The translations under genes were made by a program, and so were the position numbers. A stretch of DNA of 64,000 nucleotides from assembly GCA_037305845.1 (NCBI GenBank), contig CP147778.1, positions 868,783 to 932,782 of the forward strand. The letters run 5' to 3'. The DNA comes from Candidatus Freyarchaeum deiterrae (GTDB lineage: Archaea; Asgardarchaeota; Jordiarchaeia; Jordiarchaeales; Jordiarchaeaceae). A model generated the notes under the pieces. It did no database searches, was not told the DNA's origin, and worked only from the letters and a program-made list of their open reading frames with translations. This document shows positions 9,036 to 19,013 of the stretch, in pieces (position 1 is the stretch's first letter; every line of letters starts with the position of its first letter).

Positions 9036-10964
9036 ATGGCTGCAGAAGTGGAAGTTATTTTTCAGCCGGAAGGAAAACGTGCGAAGATTAAATCTGGAGC
9101 TACCATATTAGAAGGAGCAAAACTGGTAGGTGCCGATCTAACCTCTATTTGTGGTGGAAGTGGTAAGTGTGGAAAATGTAAGGTCATAGTTGAAAAAGAA
9201 TTGGGAAACGTGGGTTCTGTAACCGAATTGGAGGAGGAGCTCCTATCGCCGATGGAGATGTCTGCGGGCTATAGGCTGGCTTGCTGTGTATCAGTTAAGG
9301 ATCGTCTTACCGTTAGGATTCCAGAGGAAAGCAGAACTGGTCGGCAGAGACTTCAGGTTGAAGGAATAGAAACACCTGTGAAACTTGAACCTCTAATCAA
9401 CAAATATTTTGTCAAATTGTTAGCTCCAACTCTCCAGGACCCCAAGTCCGATGTCGACAGACTGTTAGACGAGTTACGAGTTCGACATGGCTTTGAGAAC
9501 CTCGAAGTAAGCTATAATCTTCTTCAACGTCTACCGCTCATCTTAAGAGATAGTGAATGGGAGATAACGGTTGTTGTGTGGAACAATGACACAATCATTG
9601 GTGTGGAGTCTGGAGACACAACTCACAGAATTTTTGGATACGCCGTTGACATAGGTACGACTAAACTCGCCGGGTACCTCCTAGACTTAAACACAGGAGG
9701 GGTAATGGCAGTAGAATCTTTGATGAACCCACAGATACCCTACGGTGAGGATATAATAACAAGAATCACTTATGCAAACAGGGGGCTTGAGGAGCAGAAA
9801 GAACTTCAACAAGCCGTTGTAAATGGTATAAACCAAATCCTTGAGCGACTCTTAGACAAGACGGATGCGAATCCGGATGAAGTGTATGAAATGACCGCCG
9901 TTGGTAACACCGCCATGCATCACCTCTTCCTAAATATCTGTCCAAAGTATGTGGCTCTATCGCCATACCCTCCGGTCATAAGACGGAGGATGAACGTTAA
10001 CGCAGAAAGTATCGGGATGAAAATCAATCCAAATGGTAAAGTCCATGTCCTTCCCGTAATTGCGGGATTTGTTGGAGCTGATACGGTTGCGGTAATATTG
10101 GCAACCGAAGTCTACAAGAGAGATGAACTTTGCATGGCGTTAGATATTGGGACGAATACTGAAGTTTTTTTGGGGAATAAAGACGAGATACTAGCATGCT
10201 CCTGTGCGTCTGGCCCAGCACTTGAAGGCGCTCATATAAAACATGGAATGAGAGCCGCTACAGGCGCGATTGAAAAAGTGAGAATAGAGCCGGATACATT
10301 TGAGGTTAGGTATAGGACTATAGATGATGCTAAACCTTGTGGAATTTGTGGTTCAGCTATGGTGGACATACTTGCTGAGATGTTAAAGGCTGGAATAATT
10401 GAAGTTACAGGAACGATGAACAAAAATGTTGCCTCACCCAGATTGCGCGCCGGGGAAGATGGACTTGGGTTTGTGCTAGCGTGGGGAAAGGAAACCTCGA
10501 CCGGAGAAGACATTGTTTTCACCCAAAAAGACATCAGGGAAATTCAGCTAGCGAAGGCAGCTATGCATACAGGGACCATGGCGCTGATGAGAAAGAAGGG
10601 CGTAGTTGAGAAAGACATAGATATACTCTTCATAGCGGGAGCCTTCGGCTCTTACATAGATCCGGAAAACGCAAGGATAATCGGCATGTACCCTGAGATA
10701 ACATTAGAGAAGGTAAGAGTTGTGGGAAACGCAGCAGGAACAGGAGCAAGAATGGCTCTAGCTTCCAAAACGGCTAGGAAAACCGCTGAAGAAGTATCAG
10801 GTAAGGTCACATATGTGGAGCTTGCAGCAGAACCTAATTTTCAATCGGAATTCTTTAACTCAAATGTTTTACCCTACGCGGATCTAGCAAGATACCCACA
10901 GACAAGCGAACTGCTCAAGAAGTTGGGTAAGTATCCGAAAAAACCTCCAACAATCTTTCATTGA
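9036..10964 (+). CDS. Corrinoid reductive activase (RACo/ASKHA, DUF4445) with an N-terminal 2Fe-2S ferredoxin domain
   Basis: Plant-type ferredoxin cysteines CGGSGKCGKCKV ... LACCV. ASKHA-type phosphate motifs (AVDIGTTKLAGY, ALDIGTNTE). Divergent from the MttB/corrinoid operon. Confidence 0.85.
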   Translation: MAAEVEVIFQPEGKRAKIKSGATILEGAKLVGADLTSICGGSGKCGKCKVIVEKELGNVGSVTELEEELLSPMEMSAGYRLACCVSVKDRLTVRIPEESRTGRQRLQVEGIETPVKLEPLINKYFVKLLAPTLQDPKSDVDRLLDELRVRHGFENLEVSYNLLQRLPLILRDSEWEITVVVWNNDTIIGVESGDTTHRIFGYAVDIGTTKLAGYLLDLNTGGVMAVESLMNPQIPYGEDIITRITYANRGLEEQKELQQAVVNGINQILERLLDKTDANPDEVYEMTAVGNTAMHHLFLNICPKYVALSPYPPVIRRRMNVNAESIGMKINPNGKVHVLPVIAGFVGADTVAVILATEVYKRDELCMALDIGTNTEVFLGNKDEILACSCASGPALEGAHIKHGMRAATGAIEKVRIEPDTFEVRYRTIDDAKPCGICGSAMVDILAEMLKAGIIEVTGTMNKNVASPRLRAGEDGLGFVLAWGKETSTGEDIVFTQKDIREIQLAKAAMHTGTMALMRKKGVVEKDIDILFIAGAFGSYIDPENARIIGMYPEITLEKVRVVGNAAGTGARMALASKTARKTAEEVSGKVTYVELAAEPNFQSEFFNSNVLPYADLARYPQTSELLKKLGKYPKKPPTIFH

Positions 10965-11150
10965 TACTATTAAAAAATGATGATACTGTTCCTGTTGATT
11001 TTGCAACGATGATTGAACGCGACACTTTAATATATAGGTACTTATTTAACATTACTAGAGTTTCTTAATTGGACATCAGAATTCGCTTACGCAAATAATT
11101 CGCGATGTTGGGATTGAAGATAGTAGTCATTCGAGGAGGTGTAAACTATC

Positions 11151-12389
11151 ATGGATAAGGAATTTTATACCATGTCCGATTTTGATTTTAGTGGAAAGAC
11201 TGTTTTGTTGCGTGTAGATTTTAATAGCGCCGTGGATCCGAATACAAAAGCGATTTTGGACGATTCACGCATCAGGGACCATGTTCCCACTCTTAAGGAA
11301 TTAGTTAAGAAAGGGGCGAAGGTTGTGGTTCTTGCTCATCAGGGTCGTAAAGGAGATTATGATTTTATTTCCTTGGAGCCACACGCTAAAATATTGGGCA
11401 AGTTATTGGGTAAGCCTGTAGGATTTGTAGATGATGTTTATGGAGATAAGGCGAAAAATGCGATAAAAAATTTGAAGAAAGGGGATATTCTGGTTTTACA
11501 GAATGTTAGATTTACTCCCGATGAGAAGGCGGATTTGCCTCCGGAGAAACTTGCGGACACGGATATGGTTCGTACCCTTTCTAAGCTTGCGGACTATTAT
11601 GTAAACGATGCTTTTAGTGCAGCTCACCGAGCGGATGCCTCTCTGGTGGCCTTTGACCAGGTTTTGCCTGCTATGGCTGGTCGACTTATGGAGCGCGAGC
11701 TGGAAAATTTGGAAAAAGTTTCCAAGGATCCAGAGAAACCATCTGTCTATGTTCTCGGTGGCACAAAGGTAGAGGATACTTTTACAATAGTTAAATACGT
11801 GCTGGAGGAGAACATAGCGACCAACGTTCTAACGACCGGGCTAGTCGCCAACACCTATCTTCTAGCAGAGGGACATGATCTAGGTGAAGTGAATAATTCG
11901 TTGATAGAAAAGAAGGGCCATCTCACGTACCTTTCTCCTATTAAAGAGGTGCTGGATAAGTTCAGAGACAAAATAGAACTGCCTGAGGATTTAGCATACG
12001 ATGATGGTGGAAAGAGGGTCGAGATTGACGTGGAGAAGCTGCCCGTGGAGAAGCCAATAAAGGACATCGGGTCCAAATCCATTGAGAAGTACTCCAAAAT
12101 AATTCAAAACGCAAAGACTATAGTATGTAACGGTCCTCCGGGAATGTTTGAAGAACAAAATTTTGAAATGGGAACAAAAAAGATTTTCCAAGCGATAACC
12201 CAATCAAAGGCATTTTCGCTGGTTGGAGGAGGGCATACCACAGCAGCACTCCGCAAGTACGGACTAGAGAAAAAGGTTTCTTACTCCACCACTGCGGGAG
12301 GAGCGTTCATATCTTACTTGTCTGGCGAAAAGCTGCCCGCCGTTGAGGCTCTCAAAGAAGCCTACGAGAAAAAGAAAACCTCTAAATAA
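11151..12389 (+). CDS. pgk: Phosphoglycerate kinase (archaeal type)
   Basis: LRVDFNSAVD near the N-terminus, AHQGRKGD, NDAFSAAHR and GGGHTTAAL motifs. GAGGAGGTG lies upstream of the ATG. Confidence 0.92.
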   Translation: MDKEFYTMSDFDFSGKTVLLRVDFNSAVDPNTKAILDDSRIRDHVPTLKELVKKGAKVVVLAHQGRKGDYDFISLEPHAKILGKLLGKPVGFVDDVYGDKAKNAIKNLKKGDILVLQNVRFTPDEKADLPPEKLADTDMVRTLSKLADYYVNDAFSAAHRADASLVAFDQVLPAMAGRLMERELENLEKVSKDPEKPSVYVLGGTKVEDTFTIVKYVLEENIATNVLTTGLVANTYLLAEGHDLGEVNNSLIEKKGHLTYLSPIKEVLDKFRDKIELPEDLAYDDGGKRVEIDVEKLPVEKPIKDIGSKSIEKYSKIIQNAKTIVCNGPPGMFEEQNFEMGTKKIFQAITQSKAFSLVGGGHTTAALRKYGLEKKVSYSTTAGGAFISYLSGEKLPAVEALKEAYEKKKTSK

Positions 12390-12492
12390 TCATTGAAATT
12401 CTCCCTTAATACTGAGGAGTGTCTATGTTTAAAGTCCTAAACTCAAACCCCAAACAATTTTCTACGGCGCATCACGTGTATATATCACAACA

Positions 12493-12957
12493 CTAGGTTT
12501 TGGCGGTTCTTTTCCTGTAAGTAATCAATCGGTTGTGGAGATATTCAAAATGTGAAAAGAAAAACGGTTCCTTGAGGCTTTCTCTCATGCCATAAATCAA
12601 GTGGCTGATTGAGTCCCACAATAAATTCAAGGAAGAACCGAAAAGGCTGTCAACTAATTTAATGTCTATTAAATTTTGCTCCAGAAGAGCCCCAAGTCCT
12701 TCAAAAAGTACGGCGATCTGCGTGACTTCTGTCAATCCATATTTCTTCGTGTAATCCTGAAAGGTCTCAGTTTTAGCTGGGCCAACTTTGTACATGGCCT
12801 CTACCATTTCTCTGCTACAGAATCTATCATAAATTTTCAGGATGACATCTGTTCTTCTGGTTCTAGCCAGGTGACGAATTTCCATTACGGTGAAGACAAC
12901 GCCGATGATGACGCTCACTGCTGCAACTATCGTCGAGACTTCAGTTATGTCAACCAT
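12493..12957 (-). CDS. Hypothetical protein with one N-terminal transmembrane helix
   Basis: N-terminal anchor VSTIVAAVSVIIGVVFTVM followed by a helical soluble part. No motif recognised. Confidence 0.5.
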   Translation of the reverse strand: MVDITEVSTIVAAVSVIIGVVFTVMEIRHLARTRRTDVILKIYDRFCSREMVEAMYKVGPAKTETFQDYTKKYGLTEVTQIAVLFEGLGALLEQNLIDIKLVDSLFGSSLNLLWDSISHLIYGMRESLKEPFFFSHFEYLHNRLITYRKRTAKT

Positions 12958-13108
12958 ACGATTCGCCTAACTATATGAACTATTTTGCCTTAAAGAACTT
13001 TCCGAACTCAATAATTCTGCTAATACTCACCTTATGAAACAGCTTTAGGGATAGAAATATAATTAAAATCAATCTTTGTAAAAACATGGAGTTTTTTGGT
13101 GAATAGTT

Positions 13109-14539
13109 ATGGATCAAAAGGAAATTTATGAAACCCTAGCGTCTATAGTTGGAGAAGACGATGTAACCATAGACCCAGTGGAACTCCTAGCATACGCTTC
13201 GGACGCCTCATTCCTAAGAGTCATACCGGGAGCTGTCGTAAGACCCGAAAACAAGGAAGAAGTGGCTGAAATCCTCAAATTCGCTGACAAAAACAGAATA
13301 CCAGTAACTCCTAGAGGAGCTGGAACCAGTTACGCCGGGCAATCCCTAGGATACAATAACGCGATCCTAATAGATTTTGTGAAAATGGACAAAATTTTGG
13401 AAATCAACCTAAAGGACAGAGTCGCAGTAGTCCAACCCGGTGTAATTTATGGAGAATTAAACAAGGAGCTTAAAAAGCATGGTTACTGCTTCCCCCCAGA
13501 CCCCGGCTCCGCAATCGCCTGCACAGTAGGAGGAATGGTGGGAAACAACGCCAGCGGAGTCAGAGCGTTAAAATACGGGGCGACAGTAGACCATGTACTC
13601 GGTTTAGAGGTTGTGCTACCCGGAGGCAAAATTATAAGAACAGGTGGGAGAGTTTGGAAGAGTTCCTCGGGTTACAATTTGACCAAGCTACTTGTCGGCT
13701 CAGAGGGAACACTAGGGGTATTCACGGAGATTATTTTGAAGATTACTCCAGCACCAAAATATACAGCTATGATAGTACCGGTTTTTGAAAAGTATGATCA
13801 GGGATTAGAATCATCCACTGAAATCATAAAAACTGGAATCTTACCCTCAGCTATGGAGATTCTGGACGACATATGTATTATGGTTCTGAACTCGTCTCTC
13901 AAAGAGAAACTTCCACAAGCGGGAGCGGTACTATTCATTGAAGTCGATGGAAGCAACGAAGAAGTGGTAAAGGAACAGACTGAAATAGTTAGGAGTGTTT
14001 GTGAAAAAATAGGAGTGAAACAGATAATATACTCCACGGATCCCGAAAGAACAGAGGAGCTTTGGAGACTCAGACACTCACTAGCAAACCTGTTGGCGAA
14101 AGTAAGGGGAGAGAACATTGCTATAAACAGTATCATGGACTTTGCGATACCCATTTCTCAAGTGCCGGAAGCCGTGAAAGAAATTAAAGCATTAGCAACA
14201 AAGTACGGGAGACTCATGGCTACCTTCGGACACATAGGGGATGGTAACATCCATAACGGGAGTGCTATCAACGTGGAGGATCCTGCGCAGAGGGAGATGG
14301 CTGTGAAATTTTCAAAGGAAGCGGCAGAGATTATCATAAAGAAGTATGGCGGTACCCTTTCCGCGGAGCATGGTGTTGGTATGGCGAAATCGGCGTTTAT
14401 CAATATGGAGCACGAGGACACGCTTCCCCTGATGCGGGGAATCAAGAAGGTGTTTGACCCTCACAACATCATGAACCCTATGGTAATGGGTCTCACCGAG
14501 ATTCCCGAATCAGAATACGTGTACATGCCTACGAGGTGA
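13109..14539 (+). CDS. FAD-linked oxidase (GlcD / D-lactate dehydrogenase family)
   Basis: FAD-binding PCMH-type domain (IPVTPRGAGTSYAGQS, GSEGTLGVFTEIILK) and C-terminal SAEHGVG motif. Confidence 0.88.
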   Translation: MDQKEIYETLASIVGEDDVTIDPVELLAYASDASFLRVIPGAVVRPENKEEVAEILKFADKNRIPVTPRGAGTSYAGQSLGYNNAILIDFVKMDKILEINLKDRVAVVQPGVIYGELNKELKKHGYCFPPDPGSAIACTVGGMVGNNASGVRALKYGATVDHVLGLEVVLPGGKIIRTGGRVWKSSSGYNLTKLLVGSEGTLGVFTEIILKITPAPKYTAMIVPVFEKYDQGLESSTEIIKTGILPSAMEILDDICIMVLNSSLKEKLPQAGAVLFIEVDGSNEEVVKEQTEIVRSVCEKIGVKQIIYSTDPERTEELWRLRHSLANLLAKVRGENIAINSIMDFAIPISQVPEAVKEIKALATKYGRLMATFGHIGDGNIHNGSAINVEDPAQREMAVKFSKEAAEIIIKKYGGTLSAEHGVGMAKSAFINMEHEDTLPLMRGIKKVFDPHNIMNPMVMGLTEIPESEYVYMPTR

Positions 14540-14544
14540 AATAA

Positions 14545-15732
14545 ATGGAAGTTAGCGACGACGAGAAGAAGAAAACCATGGAAGAATATGAGAAGCTGAA
14601 GGCGGCTGAGAAAAAGACTCTGAATGATTATCGAACGCAGCTTGCTATGTGTAATATCTGTGCCTTCTGCAGAATTCGGTGCCCTGTTTATCAACAGGTT
14701 AAATGGGAGTCTGTAACGCCGAGAGGAAAGATGCAGATACTCAGGAATGTGGTTAAGGGATGGCTTAAGCCCTCGCCTCAAGTTGCTGAGAGGATTTTCT
14801 CGTGTACTACCTGTCAGATTTGCAACGAGCAGTGTGATGCGGATGTTCGCCCATTTGATATACTTAAAGTTGCGAGAAGGGAACTTACTGGGCAGGAATT
14901 GGGTCCGCTTTCCGCGGAGAAAAAAATGGATAATAGGATAGTGGAGTATAAGAATCCTTACAAAGAGCCTCAGGAGAGTCGCTTCAACTGGCTGGAAGTT
15001 GAGGTACCGAAGACCTCGGACACCCTGCTTTACTTCGGCTGTGTGACCGCCTACAGATATGGAGAAACGGGGAAAGCTATTGTAGAGCTGCTCAAAAAGG
15101 CTGACTACGACTTCACAATAACTCCCGATGAGGGCTGCTGCGGTATGCACCCGTACTGGGATGGTGAAATAAAACTAACCGCTGACATAGCCCGGGAGAA
15201 CGTTGAGATATTCAAAAAGACCGGTGCGAAAACAATTGTGACTGCGTGTGCGGGATGCTATTCAACATTCAAGAACGCTTATCCAGCACTCGTGGAAAAC
15301 TTCGACTTCAAAGTAGTACACTTCTCAGAACTACTTTGGGAGCTGATAAAAGGGGGTAAGCTCAAACTTAAGAAAACAACTCCAATGAAAGTGACTTACC
15401 ATGATCCCTGCCACTTGGGAAGACATGCGGAAGTCTTTGATGCTCCCCGTGAGGTAATCAAATCCATTCCGGGAGTGGAACTAGTAGAGATGGAGCATCA
15501 CGGGAGGGACTCGAACTGCTGCGGTGGCGGTGGAGGATACTTTACCGCGTTTCCTGAAAACTCGGTAGAGATTGCCGAGAAGCGTGTACGTGAAGCGGAG
15601 GAAACCGGAGCAGATGCACTGGTTACAACCTGTCCTCTCTGTAAAACAAATCTGGACCTAGGTATTAAGAGATTGGACTCGAAACTTAAACTCTACGAAC
15701 TATCGGAACTGGTATTAGAACACTTGGCTTAA
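14545..15732 (+). CDS. Fe-S oxidoreductase (GlcF/HdrD-like, two CCG domains)
   Basis: Two ferredoxin-type motifs (CNICAFCRIRCP, CTTCQICNEQC) and two CCG motifs (PDEGCCGMH, SNCCGGGGG). Starts 5 nt after the GlcD-like gene. Confidence 0.88.
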   Translation: MEVSDDEKKKTMEEYEKLKAAEKKTLNDYRTQLAMCNICAFCRIRCPVYQQVKWESVTPRGKMQILRNVVKGWLKPSPQVAERIFSCTTCQICNEQCDADVRPFDILKVARRELTGQELGPLSAEKKMDNRIVEYKNPYKEPQESRFNWLEVEVPKTSDTLLYFGCVTAYRYGETGKAIVELLKKADYDFTITPDEGCCGMHPYWDGEIKLTADIARENVEIFKKTGAKTIVTACAGCYSTFKNAYPALVENFDFKVVHFSELLWELIKGGKLKLKKTTPMKVTYHDPCHLGRHAEVFDAPREVIKSIPGVELVEMEHHGRDSNCCGGGGGYFTAFPENSVEIAEKRVREAEETGADALVTTCPLCKTNLDLGIKRLDSKLKLYELSELVLEHLA

Positions 15733-16089
15733 AATAAAAATTAGAACCAGTCTCTACCCATCCTTTTTTATTGACTTCTTTATCCAAAGGTTGTGGGGTT
15801 CTTTCTCTTCGCGTTTTTGTTTGACTTGGTTATTTTAACCTCAAAGTTTATAAAGTACAGCTTAACTTAAGTCTTAAAGATTGGCTCAGAGGGATAGAGG
15901 GATTTTTAGAGATATTGAAAACAAGTGGCTACACTAAACCTGTGAATTGTGATTTTGTGAGAAAAGATGAGAGATTTGGTTTCCTGTTTCCGTGGATTGC
16001 TTATAGTAATAGGGAAACAGGGTTTCCGAAATGCGAAGCCTTGCCCTTTACAGAACGGGAATGGAGTAAAGTCAACGGTATAATCCCGT

Positions 16090-17496
16090 TTGGTGGGGAT
16101 AATTATGGGAAGTATTGGAACAAAAAGCGGAGCATTAAAAATAGCGGTATTAGTGACAATTCTCCTAACTGCGTCTACAGTAACAGCTGCCTTGATAATC
16201 CAAAGCCAGAATCAGAACTCGAATCAGACTATTAACCAGGCCTTCGAACTAAACTTGTATTTCTCACTATTTAGTGCCCCTTTCGGAGTTGAACGGGCTT
16301 TCCCGAATCTGCTCTTTGACCATCCAGTGGGACTCTATAGCGCGGGAGATGGATCGAATCGTCTCTTCGTGATTGAACAGCCGGGTGTAATTAAGGTATT
16401 TAATAATTCTGTGAACACGACTACAGCTGAAGTCTTCCTCGATATTCGTGACCAAGTAGTATACGGTGGTGAGCAGGGCTTACTAGGCTTGGCGTTTCAC
16501 CCAAACTTTACCACTAATCATTATTTCTACGTCGATTACACAGCTAAAAATGACGGACGAACCGTGATTGCAAGATACACAGTTAACCAAACTAATCCAG
16601 ACCAAGCCAACAGGAGCAGTGAACAAATCATATTAGAGGTGCCACAGCCTTTCGCGAACCACAACGGCGGACAGTTGGCCTTCGGACCTAGTGATGGTTA
16701 CCTTTACATCGCTCTCGGGGACGGCGGTTCAGAAGGTGACCCTCAGGGTAACGGCCAGAACCTATCTACACTATTAGGCAAAATTCTACGCATAGATATC
16801 AATACGGCTACACCGCCCCTAAACTATAGCATTCCACCGGATAACCCCTTCGCTAGCAATACTCAAAATATTAGGGAGGAAATCTACGCGTACGGTTTTC
16901 GCAACCCGTGGCGATTCAGTTTCGATAATGTTACTGGCCAGCAGCTATGGGCAGGAGATGTAGGTCAAAATTCTTGGGAAGAAATAGACATTATTCAGAG
17001 TGGCAGGAACTACGGCTGGAACATCATGGAAGGCAATCATATCTTCATTCTTCCGCCGGGTTTCAACACAGGCACGCTTACGCCCCCAATCTGGGAGTAC
17101 AGTCATTTGGTAGGTGATGCTATAATGGGCGGATTCGTTTACCGAGGCTCAGAACTCCCTGAATTGAATGGATCCTACATCTACGGAGATTTTGGGAGTG
17201 GCAGGATTTGGGCACTGAACTACGATGGCGTGAACCCTACAAATAATACACTGCTTGCTCATAGCAATCTCCCGATCACCGCGTTCGGGGTCGACGAAAA
17301 CAATGAACTTTATATAGTCGACTATGGGGGCGGAATCTATCAGTTAAATTCTTCGACATCACCTAAAGAAATAGTTTCCACAATGCTTCTTTCGACGCTT
17401 AATCCTATTCAGCAAAACCTTCAAGTCAGTCAAACTTATCTAGTACCTGCCTTACCAACTATCGTCGCTCAATCGGTTAAAGACTTTAGTAAATAA
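16090..17496 (+). CDS. PQQ-dependent sugar dehydrogenase-like beta-propeller, membrane-anchored or secreted
   Basis: N-terminal anchor ALKIAVLVTILLTASTVTAALII. Family motifs EQGLLGLAFHP, HNGGQLAFGPSDGYLYIALGDGG, YAYGFRNPWRFSFD and GRNYGWN. Confidence 0.8.
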   Translation: MVGIIMGSIGTKSGALKIAVLVTILLTASTVTAALIIQSQNQNSNQTINQAFELNLYFSLFSAPFGVERAFPNLLFDHPVGLYSAGDGSNRLFVIEQPGVIKVFNNSVNTTTAEVFLDIRDQVVYGGEQGLLGLAFHPNFTTNHYFYVDYTAKNDGRTVIARYTVNQTNPDQANRSSEQIILEVPQPFANHNGGQLAFGPSDGYLYIALGDGGSEGDPQGNGQNLSTLLGKILRIDINTATPPLNYSIPPDNPFASNTQNIREEIYAYGFRNPWRFSFDNVTGQQLWAGDVGQNSWEEIDIIQSGRNYGWNIMEGNHIFILPPGFNTGTLTPPIWEYSHLVGDAIMGGFVYRGSELPELNGSYIYGDFGSGRIWALNYDGVNPTNNTLLAHSNLPITAFGVDENNELYIVDYGGGIYQLNSSTSPKEIVSTMLLSTLNPIQQNLQVSQTYLVPALPTIVAQSVKDFSK

Positions 17497-17508
17497 CCAA
17501 GCGGAATC

Positions 17509-17555
17509 TTTCCTCTTTTTTCTATTTTTTAATTTATTTTTTTGTTTCTTGTTTA
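17509..17555 (+). terminator. T-rich tract downstream of the dehydrogenase gene
   Basis: Several T5-T7 runs (tcctcttttttctattttttaatttatttttttgtttcttg) lie directly after the stop codon. Oligo-T is the usual archaeal termination signal. Confidence 0.4.
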
Positions 17556-17710
17556 ATAACGAGTATCTCAGAAAGGAAATAGTTAGTAAATCGATGACTG
17601 TTTTTTAGTTTAAATACCCGACTTCCCCAAGTTACCAAAATAGATTATCAAATCAGCGTAGAGTGACCAAAAGCGCTGAGGATAGTGACTCAAAAAGCCT
17701 CGATAAGGTT

Positions 17711-18049
17711 TCATGCCTTTTTCAATTGGTCTTCATAACCATATTTTTCGAAAAATTTCTTGATTTTATTCAACAGGGAATTTTCTGCTCCCATATCAAA
17801 CTGAAGCATTCCCCTTCCTCCACCTGCAACAATTATTTTTATATTGCATACGTCAACGCTTTCTAAATCGAATAACAGGGTCACCGCCAGATTAGAATTG
17901 GTTCTAAAAAAATCGTATTTATCTAAGACTAAAATTTTAAGATTTCCTGATTTTGAATCATATTCAAATGGAGGATGGAACTTCTCCTTGAAAGTGTTAA
18001 TCGCAATAGTGGCATTCTCCCTCTTGATGGACATTGTGTCAATTTTCAT
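17711..18049 (-). CDS. Hypothetical ~110-aa protein, paralog of 19949..20278
   Basis: MKIDTMSIKRENATIAINTFKEKFHPPFEYDSKSGNLKILVLDKY aligns residue by residue with MKYDVLSIERKNAEILINAFKQKFQPSFEYTSKSGNVKILVLEKF of the other copy. Gly-rich segment VAGGGRG. Confidence 0.6.
   Translation of the reverse strand: MKIDTMSIKRENATIAINTFKEKFHPPFEYDSKSGNLKILVLDKYDFFRTNSNLAVTLLFDLESVDVCNIKIIVAGGGRGMLQFDMGAENSLLNKIKKFFEKYGYEDQLKKA
18006..18049. repeat. Left arm of a ~44-bp inverted repeat bracketing the AbiE cassette
   Basis: The reverse complement of 18006-18049 matches 19867-19910 at about 40 of 44 positions. This includes a perfect 23-mer, tgtccatcaagagggagaatgcc (18011-18033 versus 19883-19905). Confidence 0.8.
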
Positions 18050-18083
18050 AACTTCAATATTTCTAATGGTCTTTTTTAAAGAC

Positions 18084-19013
18084 TTATACTAATTCCTCTG
18101 TAACCCTTTTCAAGAACACGCTGAAGTCTCTGAGGAACTTGTAGAATTCCTTTTCATCTATATCTGACAGTAGCAGCTCTCGTTCTTCTCCCCAGGTAAA
18201 GGCATTTTCTGAAGTGATTATATCTTTCTTCGCTTCCAGATTCATCCTGTACTTCTCGTAAAGGTTGAGTATAAATTTGGTCTTGTCAATTATGATTTCG
18301 TGCAGGTCTTCCAGATTGACACCGAACTTGCTGCAGATCAGGTAAACGTCCAGAAAGTCGCGTGCTTTAATTCCCTTCCTTGTCAGAATCGCTCTTACCT
18401 TTTCGCTCAGAATCTCCCGAATATCGTAAACATCAAAGCTAATTCCATGCGCGTATTCTTTGTACTCTGGAAACAGCACGTCGAGCTCCTCCTGTTTTAT
18501 CTCGCTTAGTAGGCTTTTCAGTTCTACTTTCTGAGGGGCAAAGTATAGTTCTTCAACAAAATTTATCTGGATTTTTATGAAGCTTAATCGCTCAAGTGTT
18601 TCTGATTGGTACCAGATTTTAAGCGTGCAGGTTTTGTCGCTTCCTCCAAGCTCAACATAGTTTCTGTTGTGCTTCTCGCACTTGAAGTCAAAGCCTCGCT
18701 TCAAGACTATCTCCTCTAAAACAGCACCCACCTCATCTATGACTTTTGACAGATAACTCCGAATCTCTTTCTGAGACTTGCCCTCAAAGACCTCTTGATT
18801 CTTCCATGTGAAGTCTGTGTCCTCTGAGAAGCGGAAGTAACCGAGGTAGCCTTTAATCAGGCAAGTTCCGCCTTTGAAAATGAAGTTTTCTGAAAAGAAC
18901 TTGTTCAGGGAAAGGTCAAGGAGCAGCTGGTGGAGGATTAAATCCTTCTCAATCAAATCTGTTCTCTGGATTCCCTGAAGTCTGCCGACTTCGTTCACAA
19001 AATCTTTCCTCAT
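18084..19013 (-). CDS. abiEii: Nucleotidyltransferase toxin, AbiEii/AbiGii (DUF1814) family
   Basis: FIFKGGTCLIKGY and FSEDTDF segments typical of DUF1814 nucleotidyltransferases. 4-bp overlap with the upstream AbiEi-like gene. Confidence 0.75.
   Translation of the reverse strand: MRKDFVNEVGRLQGIQRTDLIEKDLILHQLLLDLSLNKFFSENFIFKGGTCLIKGYLGYFRFSEDTDFTWKNQEVFEGKSQKEIRSYLSKVIDEVGAVLEEIVLKRGFDFKCEKHNRNYVELGGSDKTCTLKIWYQSETLERLSFIKIQINFVEELYFAPQKVELKSLLSEIKQEELDVLFPEYKEYAHGISFDVYDIREILSEKVRAILTRKGIKARDFLDVYLICSKFGVNLEDLHEIIIDKTKFILNLYEKYRMNLEAKKDIITSENAFTWGEERELLLSDIDEKEFYKFLRDFSVFLKRVTEELV

Noticed and set aside
14461-15150. 229-aa minus-strand ORF overlapping the end of the GlcD-like gene and the Fe-S protein gene
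   Set aside because: The plus-strand genes carry clear CxxCxxCxxxCP and CCG motifs. The antisense ORF has none and would overlap two conserved genes.
15915-16235. 106-aa ORF upstream of and overlapping the start of the PQQ-dehydrogenase-like gene
   Set aside because: It has a TTG start in a different frame, no motif and no ribosome-binding-like sequence. The dehydrogenase ORF has its own signal anchor at 16090.
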